A model generated the notes under the pieces. It saw only the letters and a list, made by a program, of their open reading frames with translations, searched no databases and was not told where the DNA came from. This document shows positions 62,850 to 64,000 of a DNA stretch of 64,000 nucleotides, in pieces. Positions within the stretch are counted from its first letter, which is position 1; each line of letters starts with the position of its first letter. The stretch comes from Chthoniobacteraceae bacterium (GTDB taxonomy: Bacteria > Verrucomicrobiota > Verrucomicrobiia > Chthoniobacterales > Chthoniobacteraceae), in contig JANNXQ010000195.1 in assembly GCA_031409655.1 (NCBI GenBank), forward strand, positions 32,001 to 96,000, in the 5' to 3' direction. The position numbers were made by a program, and so were the translations under genes.

Positions 62850-64000
62850 CTACGCTCCTTTCGTCCCAGCGTTCTCGAAAAGCGCTCGCCAGTATTCCAG
62901 CCGTTCCTTCACGCGCTTTTCGTGGCCTTGATCGCCGGGTTCGTAGTAGCGGCGGCCTTGGGGGAGATAAGCTTGCGGGACATACGCGCCCTCGAAGTTG
63001 TGGCTGTACTGGTAGCCTTCGTGGCCGAAGGCCTTCTTCGCGCGCTGGCTCCCGCCGTCGCGGAGATGGCGCGGCACGGCGAGGGTCACGCCTTCCGCAA
63101 CTTCCTTTTTTGCAGCAAGGATGGCGGCGTAGGCGCGGTTTGATTTCGGCGCGGTGGCGAGATAGACGGTGGCGTGGGCGAGGGGAATCTGCGCTTCGGG
63201 AAGGCCGATAGATTCCACCGCCTGCTGCGCGGCGACGGCAAGGATGAGGCCCTGCGGATCGGCCATGCCGATGTCTTCGCTGGCCGAGATGACGAGGCGG
63301 CGCGCGATGAAGCGGATGTCTTCTCCCGCGTGCAACATTTTCGCGAGCCAGTAGAGGGCGGCGTCCGGGTCGCTGCCGCGGATGCTCTTTATAAATGCGC
63401 TGATGGTGTCGTAGTGCTGGTCGCCGTCGGCGTCATAGACGACGGCCTTTTTCTGGATGGATTCCTCGGCGATCGCGCGGTCGATGCGGATCACGCCATC
63501 GGCACCGGGCGGGGTGGTGACGACGGCGATCTCGAGCGCATTCAGGCAGCGGCGGGCGTCACCATCGGCCGTGATGGCGAGATGCATGAGGGCGTCGGCG
63601 GCGATCTCGATGCGCTCCTGGCCGAAGCCGCGCGTTTCGTCGGCCAGCGCGCGCTTTTGCAAGGCGAGGAGACTCTCGGGAGCGAGCGGCTCGAGTTGGA
63701 AGACTTGCGAGCGCGAGACGAGCGGGCTGTTGATGTAGAAGAAAGGATTGTGCGTCGTGGCGCCGATAAGCCGCACGGTGCCGCGCTCGACATCGGGGAG
63801 GAGCACGTCCTGCTGGGCCTTGTTCCAGCGGTGGATTTCGTCGATGAAAAGGATCGTCTTCACGCCGCTGGTTACACGATTCGCAGCGGTGGCGATGACG
63901 CGGCGGAGATCGGCCACATTGCTCTCCACGCCGCTGAGCCGCTCGAAGCGCGAACTGGTGGCCTGCGCGATGATCTCGGCGAGCGTCGTCTTCCCCGTGC
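62850..64000 (-). CDS. rarA: Replication-associated recombination protein A (MgsA/RarA), 5'-truncated by window edge
   Basis: GKTTLA at window edge, FIDEIHR, GATT.NP.F, GDARR.LN, YD.ISAFIKSIRGSD, SEDIG.ADP, PKSN. Confidence 0.95.
   Translation of the reverse strand, partial: TGKTTLAEIIAQATSSRFERLSGVESNVADLRRVIATAANRVTSGVKTILFIDEIHRWNKAQQDVLLPDVERGTVRLIGATTHNPFFYINSPLVSRSQVFQLEPLAPESLLALQKRALADETRGFGQERIEIAADALMHLAITADGDARRCLNALEIAVVTTPPGADGVIRIDRAIAEESIQKKAVVYDADGDQHYDTISAFIKSIRGSDPDAALYWLAKMLHAGEDIRFIARRLVISASEDIGMADPQGLILAVAAQQAVESIGLPEAQIPLAHATVYLATAPKSNRAYAAILAAKKEVAEGVTLAVPRHLRDGGSQRAKKAFGHEGYQYSHNFEGAYVPQAYLPQGRRYYEPGDQGHEKRVKERLEYWRALFENAGTKGA

Overview
High-GC bacterial chromosomal window with no rRNA, CRISPR array, transposase or integrase. 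Gene content and repeat families suggest Verrucomicrobiota (Chthoniobacter/Spartobacteria-like); this is inference, not a database result. Housekeeping genes: hemL, ccsA/hemX-hemA-hemC, trpC, rarA (partial), deoA/pdp, fcl, cbpA-like dnaJ, two tandem tRNA-Cys(GCA) and two two-component systems. Most notable loci: (i) a four-gene WXG100/FtsK (type VII-like) module whose WXG100-like proteins carry W-x-D, with an EccC-like ATPase that has one intact Walker A; (ii) a type II secretion-like operon whose secretin is split into two signal-peptide-bearing genes inside the last N-domain, headed by a Spy/CpxP-like gene with an 11-bp-phased regulator box and ending in a Tat-exported intradiol dioxygenase-like gene; (iii) a ~2100-aa Calx-beta/delta-60 protein interrupted by one in-frame TAG; (iv) a 130-aa minimal SRAP/YedK-like gene behind thymidine phosphorylase; (v) an HDAC-ALDH-polyamine ABC operon; (vi) an MBL-exonuclease/ATP-dependent DNA ligase fusion; (vii) dispersed palindromic repeats, two of them in-frame in cleavable pseudopilin leaders. 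All family calls come from motif recognition by eye, and start codons were refined manually from the ORF track.
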